Positions 20,580 through 31,656 of a DNA stretch of 64,000 nt are shown here, piece by piece (position 1 is the stretch's first letter; each line of letters starts with the position of its first letter). The DNA is from Algibacter sp. (GTDB lineage Bacteria > Bacteroidota > Bacteroidia > Flavobacteriales > Flavobacteriaceae), in assembly GCA_050294475.1 (NCBI GenBank), contig JBNKOE010000005.1, positions 11,176-75,175 of the forward strand, written 5' to 3'. Made by a program: the position numbers and the translations under genes. Under the pieces are notes generated by a model, which made no database searches, was not told the origin of the DNA, and saw nothing but the letters and a program-made list of their open reading frames with translations.

Positions 20580-21491
20580 CTATTCTATTATTGGTAAATT
20601 TTTCTTTTTTAGCACATCATTCATACCATCAATTCCTTGTAAACCGCCCGTATGAATTACTAAAATTTTTGAACCCTTTGGGAAATAATTTTTCTCTATC
20701 AAATCAAAAATACCAAATATCACTTTCCCTGTATAAACAGGATCTAGAGGAATATTATAATCTTTTTTAAATTGATTAATGAACGTTACTAAATCTTCAT
20801 TTATTTTAGCATAACCTCCAAAATGATAATCGGTTATTAATTTCCAATGCTCTCTAATTGCAAATTTACTAATATCTTGTTGTAAAAAGTCACCTTTTAA
20901 GACAGGAAATCCTAAAACTTGTTGACTAGGTTTTGAACAATTTATGAGTCCAGAAATAGTACCACCTGTTCCAACGGCACAACATATATAATCAAAAAAA
21001 GCATCTTCATTAGTTAAAATTTCTTCACAGCCTTTAACCGCTAAATGATTCGTACCACCTTCAGGAACGAGGTAAAAATCATCAAATTCCTTTTTCAAAT
21101 TATTTAAAAAGCTTTCTGATGTTTTTTCTCTGTAAAGGGTTCTAGAAACAAATTTAAACTCCATACCACATTGTTTAGCAAAACGCAATGTTGGGTTACT
21201 TTCTATTTTACTAGCTAATTCATCACCTCTAATAATTCCAATAGTTTTAAAACCAGAAATTTGTCCTGCAGAAGCTACCGCAGCAATATGATTTGAGTAA
21301 GCGCCTCCAAAAGTAAGCAAGGTTTTAAACCCTAATTTTTGTGCTTCTATTATATTATATTTAAGCTTTCTATACTTATTTCCAGAAACAAAAGGATGTA
21401 TTTCATCTTCGCGCTTTACAAACAATTCAATACCTTTTTTCTTAGGTAGTTTTACTTGCTGATTAATGCTATTTTGAAGCTTAAAAGTCAT
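20580..21491 (-). CDS. ACC deaminase / D-cysteine desulfhydrase family PLP enzyme
   Basis: SGNKYRKLKY, TFGGAYSNH, PEGGTN, VGTGGT, PLDPVYTGK. Confidence 0.9.
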   Translation of the reverse strand: MTFKLQNSINQQVKLPKKKGIELFVKREDEIHPFVSGNKYRKLKYNIIEAQKLGFKTLLTFGGAYSNHIAAVASAGQISGFKTIGIIRGDELASKIESNPTLRFAKQCGMEFKFVSRTLYREKTSESFLNNLKKEFDDFYLVPEGGTNHLAVKGCEEILTNEDAFFDYICCAVGTGGTISGLINCSKPSQQVLGFPVLKGDFLQQDISKFAIREHWKLITDYHFGGYAKINEDLVTFINQFKKDYNIPLDPVYTGKVIFGIFDLIEKNYFPKGSKILVIHTGGLQGIDGMNDVLKKKNLPIIE

Positions 21492-21819
21492 GTATGCGAA
21501 GATACTTCAAAAAATGCCAAAATGTACGATGCTTTAAATAATCTAGATTAGATTCATTACTATATGCTTCGCGTTCAAAAGAAATATTACTGTAGGCATT
21601 GTGCCAATTTTTATATTGCCATAATCTTACTAAAAATTCAACAACATAAAATAAATAAAAAAGAATAATTAGCATTTCTAATTGCTGCTTTAAATGAATT
21701 TTTTCATGATTCAATAATACATTATTCAATTTTAAACTCTTTGTTTTTAAAAACACAAACGGAAAAACGGCAAGTGCTGTATAACCTTTAGGCACTATAT
21801 ATTTCGAGATAAAAATCAT
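21481..21819 (-). CDS. Conserved hypothetical protein with HExxH motif
   Basis: NHEKIHLKQQLE and NISFEREAY. Confidence 0.75.
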   Translation of the reverse strand: MIFISKYIVPKGYTALAVFPFVFLKTKSLKLNNVLLNHEKIHLKQQLEMLIILFYLFYVVEFLVRLWQYKNWHNAYSNISFEREAYSNESNLDYLKHRTFWHFLKYLRIHDF

Positions 21820-21869
21820 ACTTTATTGCTTTCAAAAATCAATCCAAAATGCATTATCTTTGTTATTAT

Positions 21870-22034
21870 ATGAAGAAATTAATTCCAGTTGAAGAAGGCG
21901 ATTATTATCTAACACCCGAAGGATATCGTTGTTTTACAGAACAATATCACTTAAAACGCGGATATTGTTGTGAAAGTGGATGTAGGCATTGCCCTTATGG
22001 ATATGATAAAAAAACCAATTCTGTAAAAAAATAA
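21870..22034 (+). CDS. DUF5522 family small Cys-rich protein
   Basis: FTEQYHLKRGYCCESGCRHCPYG; TATCTTTG promoter element at 21855. Confidence 0.85.
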   Translation: MKKLIPVEEGDYYLTPEGYRCFTEQYHLKRGYCCESGCRHCPYGYDKKTNSVKK

Positions 22035-22181
22035 CACCTATTGCTTTATACTTTTATTTAGCTAAAGCCTTGGTATGATTATTGATGCTTATAATTACGT
22101 TTGTTTATTAAAATTTTATCAGATAAAATACTTTAGAATACATTGTGCGTAAACAGATTATAACCATAAAAAAAATGCATT

Positions 22182-22745
22182 ATGAAAAATTTATTAAAAA
22201 CATTACCACTTTTAGCATTGCTAATAGTAGCAACATCTTGCAGTTCAATTAAAGTAGCAACCGATTATGATAAAAACGCAAAATTTGGAGAATACAAAAC
22301 CTTTGCGTTCTTTAAAACAGGTATTGATAAAGCTGAAATTAGCGATTTAGACAAAAGAAGAATACTTCGTGCCATTGAAGCTGAACTTTTAGCTAAAGGG
22401 TTTACAAAATCTGAAAACCCTGATTTATTAATAAGTCTATTTACAAAATCTCAACAACGTGTTGATGTTTACAACAATTCTTGGGGCATGGGCGCCTGGG
22501 GTTGGGGTGGATGGGGACCATGGGGTGGCTTCGGACCTGGTTGGGGATGGGGTTACCAACCTAACACATCGGTAACAACTCAAGGTGTTTTATACATAGA
22601 CCTTATTGACGCCAACAAAAAAGAATTAGTTTGGCAAGGTATGGGTACTGGCTATTTAAGCAGAAATATGGAGGAAAAAGAAGCACGCATAAAAGAGTTT
22701 GTTGCTAAAATTATGGAAAAATACCCTCCGGGAGCACAACAATAA
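22182..22745 (+). CDS. DUF4136 lipoprotein
   Basis: Lipobox ATSC, DYDK, G.LYIDLIDA....LVWQG. Confidence 0.88.
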   Translation: MKNLLKTLPLLALLIVATSCSSIKVATDYDKNAKFGEYKTFAFFKTGIDKAEISDLDKRRILRAIEAELLAKGFTKSENPDLLISLFTKSQQRVDVYNNSWGMGAWGWGGWGPWGGFGPGWGWGYQPNTSVTTQGVLYIDLIDANKKELVWQGMGTGYLSRNMEEKEARIKEFVAKIMEKYPPGAQQ

Positions 22746-22757
22746 AAAGACAACGAC

Positions 22758-22797
22758 AAATAAAAAAAGCAACCCTTTCGAGTTGCTTTTTTTATTT
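22758..22797. terminator. Bidirectional intrinsic terminator
   Basis: AAATAAAAAAAGCAAC-N8-GTTGCTTTTTTTATTT. Confidence 0.85.
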
Positions 22798-22810
22798 GCC
22801 TTTATATAAA

Positions 22811-23560
22811 TTACCTAAAACGTTTCAGGGTATTTTTAGTAAACTCGCTCAATACTAATTTGCCACTAATTTTAGCACGCTCTATAAGTAAATCATCCCA
22901 GTCGCTTGTACCTTCCCAAAGTACCTGCTTCATATTTGTTAATGCTTCAGGGTTGTAACTAGCTAATTTATTTACTAAATTTTCAACAGTAATGTCTAAT
23001 TCTTCAGTGGTTGATAAAACCTCAGCATACAAGCCTTTGCTTTTTGCAAATTCTGAAGAAAAAAAAGATTCGGCATCTATAGTCATTTCTGCCATTGCTG
23101 TTTTACCTATTTTTCTGGACACGGCAGGTTCTATAACAAATGGACCAATACCAATACTTAATTCACTAAGCCTTATGGAAGCGTATGTTGTAGCTAAACA
23201 ATAATCGGTTGCTGCAGCTAAACCAACACCTCCTCCAACGGCCTTACCTTGTACACGACCTATAATTAACTTAGGACATTTACGCATGGCATTAATTACA
23301 TTTGCAAAGCCAGAAAAAAACTTGAGTCCTGCCTCGGCATCTTCAATTTCCACAACCTCATTAAAACTAGCACCTGCACAAAAAGTTCTATCGCCTCCAC
23401 TTTTTAAAACAATGACTTTAATTTCATCATTTCCTCCTGCACTAATAATTGTTTGCTCTAATTTAGAGAGTAAATCACTAGGCATTGAATTTCTATTCGG
23501 ATGATAAAACTCTATATATCCTACATTATTTTCTATATTTAAGGTAACGTATGCTTCCAT
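22811..23560 (-). CDS. Enoyl-CoA hydratase/isomerase family protein
   Basis: FCAGASF, GRVQGKAVGGGVGLAAATD, LSELSIG. Confidence 0.9.
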   Translation of the reverse strand: MEAYVTLNIENNVGYIEFYHPNRNSMPSDLLSKLEQTIISAGGNDEIKVIVLKSGGDRTFCAGASFNEVVEIEDAEAGLKFFSGFANVINAMRKCPKLIIGRVQGKAVGGGVGLAAATDYCLATTYASIRLSELSIGIGPFVIEPAVSRKIGKTAMAEMTIDAESFFSSEFAKSKGLYAEVLSTTEELDITVENLVNKLASYNPEALTNMKQVLWEGTSDWDDLLIERAKISGKLVLSEFTKNTLKRFR

Positions 23561-23664
23561 TTTACTAATAAATTTACTGGTTGAAATATACATAAAATTA
23601 TTAGTAACAGATGTTACATTCTTTTATTATAAGTTAAGGATATTTGCAAAAACAAATTATAATT

Positions 23665-23970
23665 ATGGGTTTATTAGATATGTTATTTGGAAATAAAAAA
23701 AATATGATTAACGATTTTAAACAAAGAGGTGCTGTTATAATTGATGTGCGCACTAGTGGCGAATACAGCCAAGGAGCTATTCCTGGGTCTAAAAATATAC
23801 CGTTACAAAACATTAACTCTCAAATTAAAGAAATAAAAAAACTAAACAAACCAGTAATTACTTGTTGCGCTAGCGGTATGCGTTCTGGTAATGCTGCAGC
23901 CATTTTAAAAAGCAATGGTATTGAAGCAATGAATGGCGGTGGATGGACTAGTTTAAGTAGTAATTTATAA
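23665..23970 (+). CDS. Rhodanese-like domain protein
   Basis: IIDVRT..EY..G.IPGSKNIP, CCASGMRS, NGGGW. Confidence 0.9.
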   Translation: MGLLDMLFGNKKNMINDFKQRGAVIIDVRTSGEYSQGAIPGSKNIPLQNINSQIKEIKKLNKPVITCCASGMRSGNAAAILKSNGIEAMNGGGWTSLSSNL

Positions 23971-24579
23971 TTCTAAATTCTCAAAGTCATTAACAGATTG
24001 CATTGGGTTTTCGTTATATTTTAACGTCCAGCCTAAAGAGTTTGTGAGAATATAAAATTTTGAGAGTTCACTAATTAATCTATTTTTAGCATTCAGCTTT
24101 AAATCGGATGCTTCTAGTTTTTTATTTAATGATTGTTTTACACTATTTTTAATATTGTTGTAATCTTTGGCCTCAAACGGATTTAAAAAATCTGCCTGTA
24201 TATCATAATATTCCAACTCTGGATTTATTTTTATTTCTTCTTTAGGAATACTTAAAATAGTAAGTGTTTTAGCAACCTCATCAACTTCAAATTCAATTTT
24301 ACTTAAATCGTAAGAAATTAAAACTTCGGCATTAACAACCACGAGTGCTTTTTTATCTGAGGTGTAATAATCGCCAAAAATATCTTTTGAGTTTTTATAA
24401 CTAAAAACTTCGCTAAAATGACCTTCGGTAACAACTAGCTTTCCAACATTTTTAATTTGCTCCTGTATAAGTGCAGAATTTTCCTGAAGTATTATTTTAT
24501 CTTCCTTTTTATCTTCACAATATTTAAAAGTGAAAAGGATTATTAAAGTTACAATAACCCCGAATAGAATTTTTCTCAT
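23965..24579 (-). CDS. DUF4230 domain protein
   Basis: N-terminal TM helix, KLVVTEGHF, YDLSK pattern. Confidence 0.75.
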   Translation of the reverse strand: MRKILFGVIVTLIILFTFKYCEDKKEDKIILQENSALIQEQIKNVGKLVVTEGHFSEVFSYKNSKDIFGDYYTSDKKALVVVNAEVLISYDLSKIEFEVDEVAKTLTILSIPKEEIKINPELEYYDIQADFLNPFEAKDYNNIKNSVKQSLNKKLEASDLKLNAKNRLISELSKFYILTNSLGWTLKYNENPMQSVNDFENLEL

Positions 24580-24787
24580 GCACTAATTTAGAAATATTTT
24601 AGAACTAACATGATTTTAGCGAATGAAAGTTAAAACATTTTTAAACTTAAAAACTTCATATAAAGCAAAAAACATCAGTTTATCTTCGACATATGAAGTC
24701 TAACTAATGTAATCAACTCTAATTTAATAGCATTACAAATATATAATACCTAATCGGTTTCTTAATTAAATGAAGGTTAAACTAACA

Positions 24788-25438
24788 TTAAATTAAGTTA
24801 TTCCTTTTTGCCTTTTGAACGGCTTCTAATTTATTATGCACCTGCAATTTTTTATAAATATTTTCAATATGTTTTCTAACAGTACCTATAGATAAAATTA
24901 AATTATCGGCAATTAAATTATAACTTAAGCCTTTACTTAAATGTTCTAACACCTCAACCTCTCTAACAGTTAATTTAATATCTTCTTGCTCTTGAATATT
25001 TTCTATATCTAAAGGATTTCTTAGTAGTTTTAAAGTTTTCATGGCTATAGACGGATTCATAGCTGCGCCACCATTTAGAGTGTCTTTAATACCGTCATAC
25101 AACCCTTTGGCATTAACTTCTTTAAGCAAATAGCCGTCAGCTCCTGCCTTTATAGCATTAAAAATGTTTTCATCATTATCAAAAACAGTAAGCATAACGA
25201 TTTTAATATGTGGATATTTTTGTTTGATTATTTCAGTTGCTTCAATTCCATTTAATACTGGCATTTCAATATCCATTAGAATTAAGTCGATGTTATGATT
25301 TTCTTCAAGTTTAACTAATAAATCTGAACCATTTAATGCCGAAAAGCTAATTTTCAAACTATCAAAAAACGATAATTTCTCTGCAACCATTCTTATTAAA
25401 AAAGAATTATCATCTACTATAACTATTTTAATATTCAT
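24788..25438 (-). CDS. NarL/LuxR-family response regulator
   Basis: IVDD, LMDIEMP, GADGYLLK, C-terminal LuxR HTH. Confidence 0.93.
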   Translation of the reverse strand: MNIKIVIVDDNSFLIRMVAEKLSFFDSLKISFSALNGSDLLVKLEENHNIDLILMDIEMPVLNGIEATEIIKQKYPHIKIVMLTVFDNDENIFNAIKAGADGYLLKEVNAKGLYDGIKDTLNGGAAMNPSIAMKTLKLLRNPLDIENIQEQEDIKLTVREVEVLEHLSKGLSYNLIADNLILSIGTVRKHIENIYKKLQVHNKLEAVQKAKRNNLI

Positions 25439-25449
25439 TTCTTAACTGG

Positions 25450-27396
25450 TTAGATTACTAATGTTATTGATGTCCCTTTATTTAAGTCACTTTTAATTTT
25501 CAAATTAGCATTTATATCATGAGCTCTCTTTTTCATATTGTTAAGCCCGTTTCCTAATGTTGTTTCATTTTCTTCAAACCCATTTCCGTTATCTTCAACC
25601 ATAAACGCTATGCTCTGTTTTGTTTTTTTTATATCAACAGTAACATTTGAAGCTTTAGAATATTTTATGGCATTATTTATTGCTTCTTGAATAATTCTAT
25701 AAATATTCATACCCACAACCGACTTAAATTCTAAATCCTTTGAAAGAGTTTTATCAATATTAAACTCAAAATCTATTGAATTAGATACTTGATCTGCATT
25801 ATCAATAAAATTGGAAATGCGCCCTTGCAAATCCTCTAAAGAAATGGCATTTTTATTCATTGCCCATATCGTATCTCGCAATTCATAAATAGTATCTTTT
25901 GTAAAAGAACTAATCGTATTTAACTTGCTACTTAGCTTATCATTTTTAATTTTAAAACCATATTGCAAATTATCTATAGACGAAATAATGAAGGTTAATT
26001 GAGCCCCTATATTATCATGTAAATCGCGTGATATTTTTAAGCGTTGTTCGTTTAGTTTATTTTGTGTTTCAATTTTAACCAACGCTTCTTTTAATTCGCT
26101 TTCTTTTTTAAGTTGCTCATTTTTTAATTTTTGTTGCTTATAAATAAGATAACCTAATAGAGATAAAACAATTATTAAAACACCCAAGCCAATTATTTGA
26201 GTATTTTTTTGATTTAAATGAAGTTCTTTTTCGGCTAAATCTGCCCGTTGTGTCTCAATTTCCTTCTCTCTCTCTACAGTATTATATTTTTCTTGAATTT
26301 CTGCAACTTCTTTGGTTACCCTACTACTAAAAATAGTATCATTTATTGCTTTAAACAAACGTTTATAATAAATTACACTATCTGGGTTTTTCTTGATAGC
26401 AAAATATGTTGAAAACTTATCGTAAGCATCCATTTTAAGTTCATTCGCATTAGATGCTTTAGCAAGACTCAAACCTAATCTTAAATAATCCTCTACTTCG
26501 GTATACCTTCCTATATCTAAATTGATTCCTCCTAAGTGAATTGCTGTACTAGCAATTCCATAATTATCATTTAATTTTTTTCTTAAATTCAACGATTTTA
26601 AAATTAAACTAAAAGCTTTATCAGAGCTACCTTTTTCATATAAAACACCTCCATAATTATTATACAAAGCAGCCAATTCACTTTCAAAATTATGTTTCTT
26701 AGCTAACTTTATACCTTTTTCATAATACAAAGAACTTTTTGTGTTATCATTTAAAAGATAATAAGCATTAGCAATATTATTATAAGAATGTACTAAAGCC
26801 TTATAATCTTTAATTTCTTTATTAGTTTTAGCTATTTCTAAATGAATATTAAGTGCTTTTTTATACTGCTTTAGCCCTTTATAGATATTAGCCATATTGT
26901 TTTCTATAGCTATTGTATATCTTAAATGATTTCTACTTTTATATATTTTTAAAGCTTTAGTGGCATAAAAAATGGCCGAATCCATTTCAAATGTATTTTG
27001 ATAAACAAGTCCAATTTTATTATACAATCCTGCAATGCCTAATGTATCAAGTAATTTTGTTCTAATTTTTAAGGACTTCCTATAATAATTTAACGATTTA
27101 GAATATGCTGCTAACCCATAATACAAGATTCCAATATCATTAAATGCCTGAGCTTCTCCTACCTTGTTATGAGTATTTTTAGATAGATTTAAAGCAAGGT
27201 TTCCATATACAAAAGCAGAATCGATTGATATATTTCTGTAATACCAACATAAATCACTGTAAGACTTAATTTTTATTGAATCTTTTGGGTTAGAATAAAT
27301 TACTTGCTTTAAACTATCAATAATTTTTTTTGTGTCCTGAGAAAAAGAGCAAAAACAAAACAACATGAATACTATAAAGACAAACTTATTCTTCAT
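25450..27396 (-). CDS. TPR-repeat sensor histidine kinase (HisKA_3)
   Basis: TPR repeats, TM helix, ISRDLHDNIGAQL, EAINNAIKYS, DNGNGF, GNGLNNM. Confidence 0.92.
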   Translation of the reverse strand: MKNKFVFIVFMLFCFCSFSQDTKKIIDSLKQVIYSNPKDSIKIKSYSDLCWYYRNISIDSAFVYGNLALNLSKNTHNKVGEAQAFNDIGILYYGLAAYSKSLNYYRKSLKIRTKLLDTLGIAGLYNKIGLVYQNTFEMDSAIFYATKALKIYKSRNHLRYTIAIENNMANIYKGLKQYKKALNIHLEIAKTNKEIKDYKALVHSYNNIANAYYLLNDNTKSSLYYEKGIKLAKKHNFESELAALYNNYGGVLYEKGSSDKAFSLILKSLNLRKKLNDNYGIASTAIHLGGINLDIGRYTEVEDYLRLGLSLAKASNANELKMDAYDKFSTYFAIKKNPDSVIYYKRLFKAINDTIFSSRVTKEVAEIQEKYNTVEREKEIETQRADLAEKELHLNQKNTQIIGLGVLIIVLSLLGYLIYKQQKLKNEQLKKESELKEALVKIETQNKLNEQRLKISRDLHDNIGAQLTFIISSIDNLQYGFKIKNDKLSSKLNTISSFTKDTIYELRDTIWAMNKNAISLEDLQGRISNFIDNADQVSNSIDFEFNIDKTLSKDLEFKSVVGMNIYRIIQEAINNAIKYSKASNVTVDIKKTKQSIAFMVEDNGNGFEENETTLGNGLNNMKKRAHDINANLKIKSDLNKGTSITLVI

Positions 27397-27401
27397 AAAA
27401 A

Positions 27402-27689
27402 TTAATACTTATCAAATATAAATTTTTGAATTAAAATTAATTCTTGGATTACCTTAAATAACCGATTAGGAAGTGTACTATGAAAATCATCAAATAATAA
27501 AATCTTTTGATGATTTATTATATGCTTAGCCTTTTCAATTTTATATTTATTTTCCAAATTAATTAAAATCTTTTTTCCATTTTTATTAATGTGATTAATC
27601 GCTAAAAAAAACTTAATAATAAATAAAACTAAAATAAATATTACCGAAGTTATTGTAATATTAAAAAACAAATTAAGATTCATACACAA
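27402..27689 (-). CDS. Hypothetical small membrane protein
   Basis: N-terminal TM helix; co-oriented with and 5 bp upstream of the kinase gene. Confidence 0.5.
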   Translation of the reverse strand: MCMNLNLFFNITITSVIFILVLFIIKFFLAINHINKNGKKILINLENKYKIEKAKHIINHQKILLFDDFHSTLPNRLFKVIQELILIQKFIFDKY

Positions 27690-27932
27690 GGCTTTTACGT
27701 TTTTAAAAAAAAGGATATTTTAAACTAAGCTGATGTAAAAAAAACACCAACTACAAATCTTTTTTATTGATTTAAATAGCTGATGTTTTTTAATATGAAC
27801 TGATTAATAGCATTTTAAATTTAACCTAATATATTGAACATCAGATAATTTTTCGATTAAGTGTTATAAAAAAAGATTAAGCGCAATAATGAAATTTACC
27901 ACGCCTAATCAAACAAATCTCAACAACAAGAT

Positions 27933-29783
27933 TTATTCTTTAAGGTTGTAAGAATAAATGGTACTTCCGTTTGCTAAATAATATAAATACCCCGCAATCT
28001 CATCAACTTCATATGTTGGCTTTTTGTCTTTTAAAACAATTTCCTTCTCTACCATTCCAGAATCTTTATTAACTTTCACTAAACCTACACCATCATCAAG
28101 TTTTGTTAAGATAAATTGAGCGTCTTTAGTTGCAGCTGTAGCTCTAAAACGTTTAGCCATTTCGTTAAACGAAGCTGTTGCAATGGCTTGAAACATATCT
28201 GCTTCTCGCTGTTTTTGGGCACCAAATTGATTGTATTGCCCTATCGCATTTTTATTAGCTCCTGCCTGAAAGCTCGCTTGTGACATAGCTGCAGTTGACG
28301 CTAAAGCTAATGCACTTAAAGCTACTATAGCAAAAGCACTTTTACCTGGAGAACGAAAATATTTATGAAAACTTTCTGAACCATCAAAACCAAGCATCAT
28401 CATATTCTGATCTGAAGACAACAATAATCCTTTATCTCTAATCTCTAAACTTGTGGGGTCTTCCTTTTCATCAAAACTATAAGTTGCCAAGGAGCTTACA
28501 TCACCTGAATTTTCATCTATAGCAATCATTTCTTCTCCAGTACTAATTAAATATCTGCTGTGTGCCTGATCATAAACACTTGTAACTGCTTTAGCTCGCT
28601 TATATTTTATAGGCTTACTCCATATAGACTCCCCTGTTTCTAAATTAATAATATTGGCATCACTATCGGTTATATAAATCATACCTTGTTTAGTTAATGC
28701 CATGGTATGAATATTTTCACCTGTTTTTAGAGGTTTTTTAAATAATGGTTGTCCATCAAACGATATTTTATTAATTCCACCTTCTCCTATACCAAATAAA
28801 ATTCCGTCATCCATAATGTAAAAATGTTGTACATAACCTTTAGTTTTCGGAGCTTTTTCCCAAAGATCTTCTCCTGTACTTGCCGATAAAAATGAAATAT
28901 TACTTTGCGCTTTTGCTGCTGCTAATTTTGCTAAACCTCCTTTACCAGTACTTGCTACATCACTAACAATAGCTAAACCTTTAGGAGTAATCTCGAAATT
29001 TGAAACATAACCTTTTAATTTTTTTCCGTCAGACCACAACTCAGAACCATTGCTACTTACTTTATGTACTTCATGATTTTTTCCTTTATTTACAAAAGCA
29101 TATAAAGATTTTCCATCTTCAGCAGGTTCAACAAAAGCAACATTTCTTAAATCGGCTGTCCAAGTTTCATTACCTGTTGCTAAATCAATTCGATATAATC
29201 GCTTTTGAGAAGAAACAATTAAACCTCCATGAATTATTTTAGGAGTACCAGTCATAATTTCAGTTCCTTTTAGGTATAAAAGTTTTTCTTCCTTTCCTGT
29301 TCCCATATCATAAATTCCAATAGCCTGTGCATACTTTTCTTTAGCTGTACGTTGCCCAGAAACAATAAGTTTATTTTCTGGCAACAATAAAGTTGGTTGT
29401 CCGGCTGCTTTCCATCCATTTGCTTTTGTATCAAATAATCTTTTACCAGAAACAACATCAATAACACTTTGCTTTGCAGAAATACCCGCAAATCCTGCTT
29501 GTCCTACCATAACGTAAGGCGTATTTGGTATAATATTTATTTCCTCTTCTTTTACTTTTCCATAATCGTCAAAATTAAAAAGTAAGCCTTCTTGTCCAGG
29601 TTTAATACCTGCCAATCCTTTTCCGTGAGTTATTAACAATACTCCTGAACTGGTAAGAGTCATTTTCTCAACCTTACCTCCCAAATCATAATTAAAATTT
29701 GGAACTTCTGCTCTTTGTGCATTAACTGTTGTCATTAATAGCGTGGCTATTAAAAATGACATTAATTGACTAAGTTTTCTCAT
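27933..29783 (-). CDS. PQQ-like beta-propeller exported protein
   Basis: Signal peptide; repeated D..TG...W motifs. Confidence 0.8.
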   Translation of the reverse strand: MRKLSQLMSFLIATLLMTTVNAQRAEVPNFNYDLGGKVEKMTLTSSGVLLITHGKGLAGIKPGQEGLLFNFDDYGKVKEEEINIIPNTPYVMVGQAGFAGISAKQSVIDVVSGKRLFDTKANGWKAAGQPTLLLPENKLIVSGQRTAKEKYAQAIGIYDMGTGKEEKLLYLKGTEIMTGTPKIIHGGLIVSSQKRLYRIDLATGNETWTADLRNVAFVEPAEDGKSLYAFVNKGKNHEVHKVSSNGSELWSDGKKLKGYVSNFEITPKGLAIVSDVASTGKGGLAKLAAAKAQSNISFLSASTGEDLWEKAPKTKGYVQHFYIMDDGILFGIGEGGINKISFDGQPLFKKPLKTGENIHTMALTKQGMIYITDSDANIINLETGESIWSKPIKYKRAKAVTSVYDQAHSRYLISTGEEMIAIDENSGDVSSLATYSFDEKEDPTSLEIRDKGLLLSSDQNMMMLGFDGSESFHKYFRSPGKSAFAIVALSALALASTAAMSQASFQAGANKNAIGQYNQFGAQKQREADMFQAIATASFNEMAKRFRATAATKDAQFILTKLDDGVGLVKVNKDSGMVEKEIVLKDKKPTYEVDEIAGYLYYLANGSTIYSYNLKE

Positions 29784-29804
29784 TGTTGATTTTGTTTTAA
29801 TAGT

Positions 29805-30347
29805 TTATATAGTTTGCTTGTTTAGATTAAAAGATCCATCGGTAATATTCTTTATAGAATTATCTCCTAAAACATTTTTACATTTAAAGCTAAATGTTCC
29901 AACAATCTTAGTATCTGTTTCTTCTGAAACTGAAATAGAACCCACTAATGTATCATCGTAAGGAGCTTGCCAAAGCTTGGTAGTTGAAGCTGTAGGGTTA
30001 CTCAAATTAACATCTGTTTCTGTATAAGATGCTGAATTAGTAACCGCTATGTTTGCACCTGTAAACTCATAGGTTCCTTCTCCATCATATCCAAATACAG
30101 TTAATGCAAAAGCATTACCATCACTATTTGAAGCTATAATTATTAAATTTTTACCTGGTCCAGCTGTTGCAACGGTAGCCGAAGATGAAATCTCCATAGA
30201 TTTATATGATGTCCCGTCAACTTTTGCTGTTAATGTTCCTGAAGGTGCATTTCCTCCACTTCCTCCATCATCACTTGTAGAACATGACGAAAATGTTATT
30301 ACTGAAATTACTGTTAGAAATAACATGCATTGTTTTAATTTTCTCAT
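29805..30347 (-). CDS. DUF6252-like lipoprotein
   Basis: Lipobox FSSC, LTAKVDG, GTFSF, ITDGSF. Confidence 0.7.
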   Translation of the reverse strand: MRKLKQCMLFLTVISVITFSSCSTSDDGGSGGNAPSGTLTAKVDGTSYKSMEISSSATVATAGPGKNLIIIASNSDGNAFALTVFGYDGEGTYEFTGANIAVTNSASYTETDVNLSNPTASTTKLWQAPYDDTLVGSISVSEETDTKIVGTFSFKCKNVLGDNSIKNITDGSFNLNKQTI

Positions 30348-30633
30348 TTTAGAATTTGTTTTTATGATTAATAGCATCACAAATTTGTAACTTTATGAGA
30401 ATGAAATCAATACGAAGAATTACGTATTTTTAAACTTTAGGAAATAAAAAAAGATTGTCTATAAACAGACAATCTTAACTTTAAACGCATTAGAATCACT
30501 TCTTGTAAAAACCCTCAATAATTTAATTCTAATACAAAATAGAGAAATAAATCTTTATATAAATAGCAAATATTATAAACAGCTTTTACAATAATAACAA
30601 TGTAAACATATAGAAAAACAAGTTGATTTAAGG

Positions 30634-31578
30634 CTAAAACATTATATGCTTATGCTTTTTTTGAAGTTGAATTTGTTTTTCTTTAATATTTAAAAGAAAT
30701 TTTTGATGGGCTTCTGATTGTGGATTAAATGCTTTATGCTGAAGTCCTTTTTGAATACTATCTACTTCTTCCATAGTATTTATAGCTTCTGTAGTAACCC
30801 AAACATCTTTGAATTTGTCCCAGATATAGTTAATAGCTAACCGATTTGGATGCACCATATCATCAGCATAAAAACGATAATCGCGAAGTTCATCCATCAT
30901 AATTTCATAAGATGAAAAATAAAAAGATAGATTGTTTACTACTTGATGAATCGCAGTAACTAAATGCGCTTTACTTCTCATATTTTCTACAAATCCATCT
31001 TTTATATGACGAATAGGAGACACCGTAAATAATATTGATACGTTATAATTTACACTCCTTATTAAACTTAGTATATTCTTTAAAGATTCTGACACTTCTT
31101 TAACAGACAACAGTTCTTTTGTAAATTGCTTTTGAGGCACTTTATGGCAATTTGCTACAATATTGCCAGAAGAAACAGAACGATAAACCCAAGATGTTCC
31201 CAAAGTAATAACAATGTGTGAAGATTTTTTTATTTGCTTATTTGTAACCTCTAAAATAAAATTCAAGTCTTTTAACAAGTCATTCTTAGACGTATTGCTC
31301 AACTTAGAATGTGCATCAAAACAATGCCATTGCTCATTATAAAAAAACAAATCATCTTCGGAATACTTTTCTCCATTAATAGCTCTTTCAATTAATGTTT
31401 CAATAGCTTTAGGATGAAATAAAACACCAAACGGGTTTTGAGTGTTTTGAATTTTGAAATAATCCAACTTCTCACCTATATTTTCAACAAAACATGACCC
31501 TAACAAAAGTATATTAGAATGATAGTCTATAAGATTATCAGACTTCTTTTTTAATGGTATTTTGGTTTGAAGATTCAC
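30634..31578 (-). CDS. GSCFA domain protein
   Basis: LLGSCFVENIG, NPFG, TLGT, TVSPIRH, DELRDYRFY. Confidence 0.92.
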   Translation of the reverse strand: MNLQTKIPLKKKSDNLIDYHSNILLLGSCFVENIGEKLDYFKIQNTQNPFGVLFHPKAIETLIERAINGEKYSEDDLFFYNEQWHCFDAHSKLSNTSKNDLLKDLNFILEVTNKQIKKSSHIVITLGTSWVYRSVSSGNIVANCHKVPQKQFTKELLSVKEVSESLKNILSLIRSVNYNVSILFTVSPIRHIKDGFVENMRSKAHLVTAIHQVVNNLSFYFSSYEIMMDELRDYRFYADDMVHPNRLAINYIWDKFKDVWVTTEAINTMEEVDSIQKGLQHKAFNPQSEAHQKFLLNIKEKQIQLQKKHKHIMF

Positions 31579-31656
31579 TTTTAATATTATAAAATCTTAT
31601 ATTATGAGATATCTCAATCGTGCCTCATTTCAAACATAGTTAGAAAATGAAAAGCT

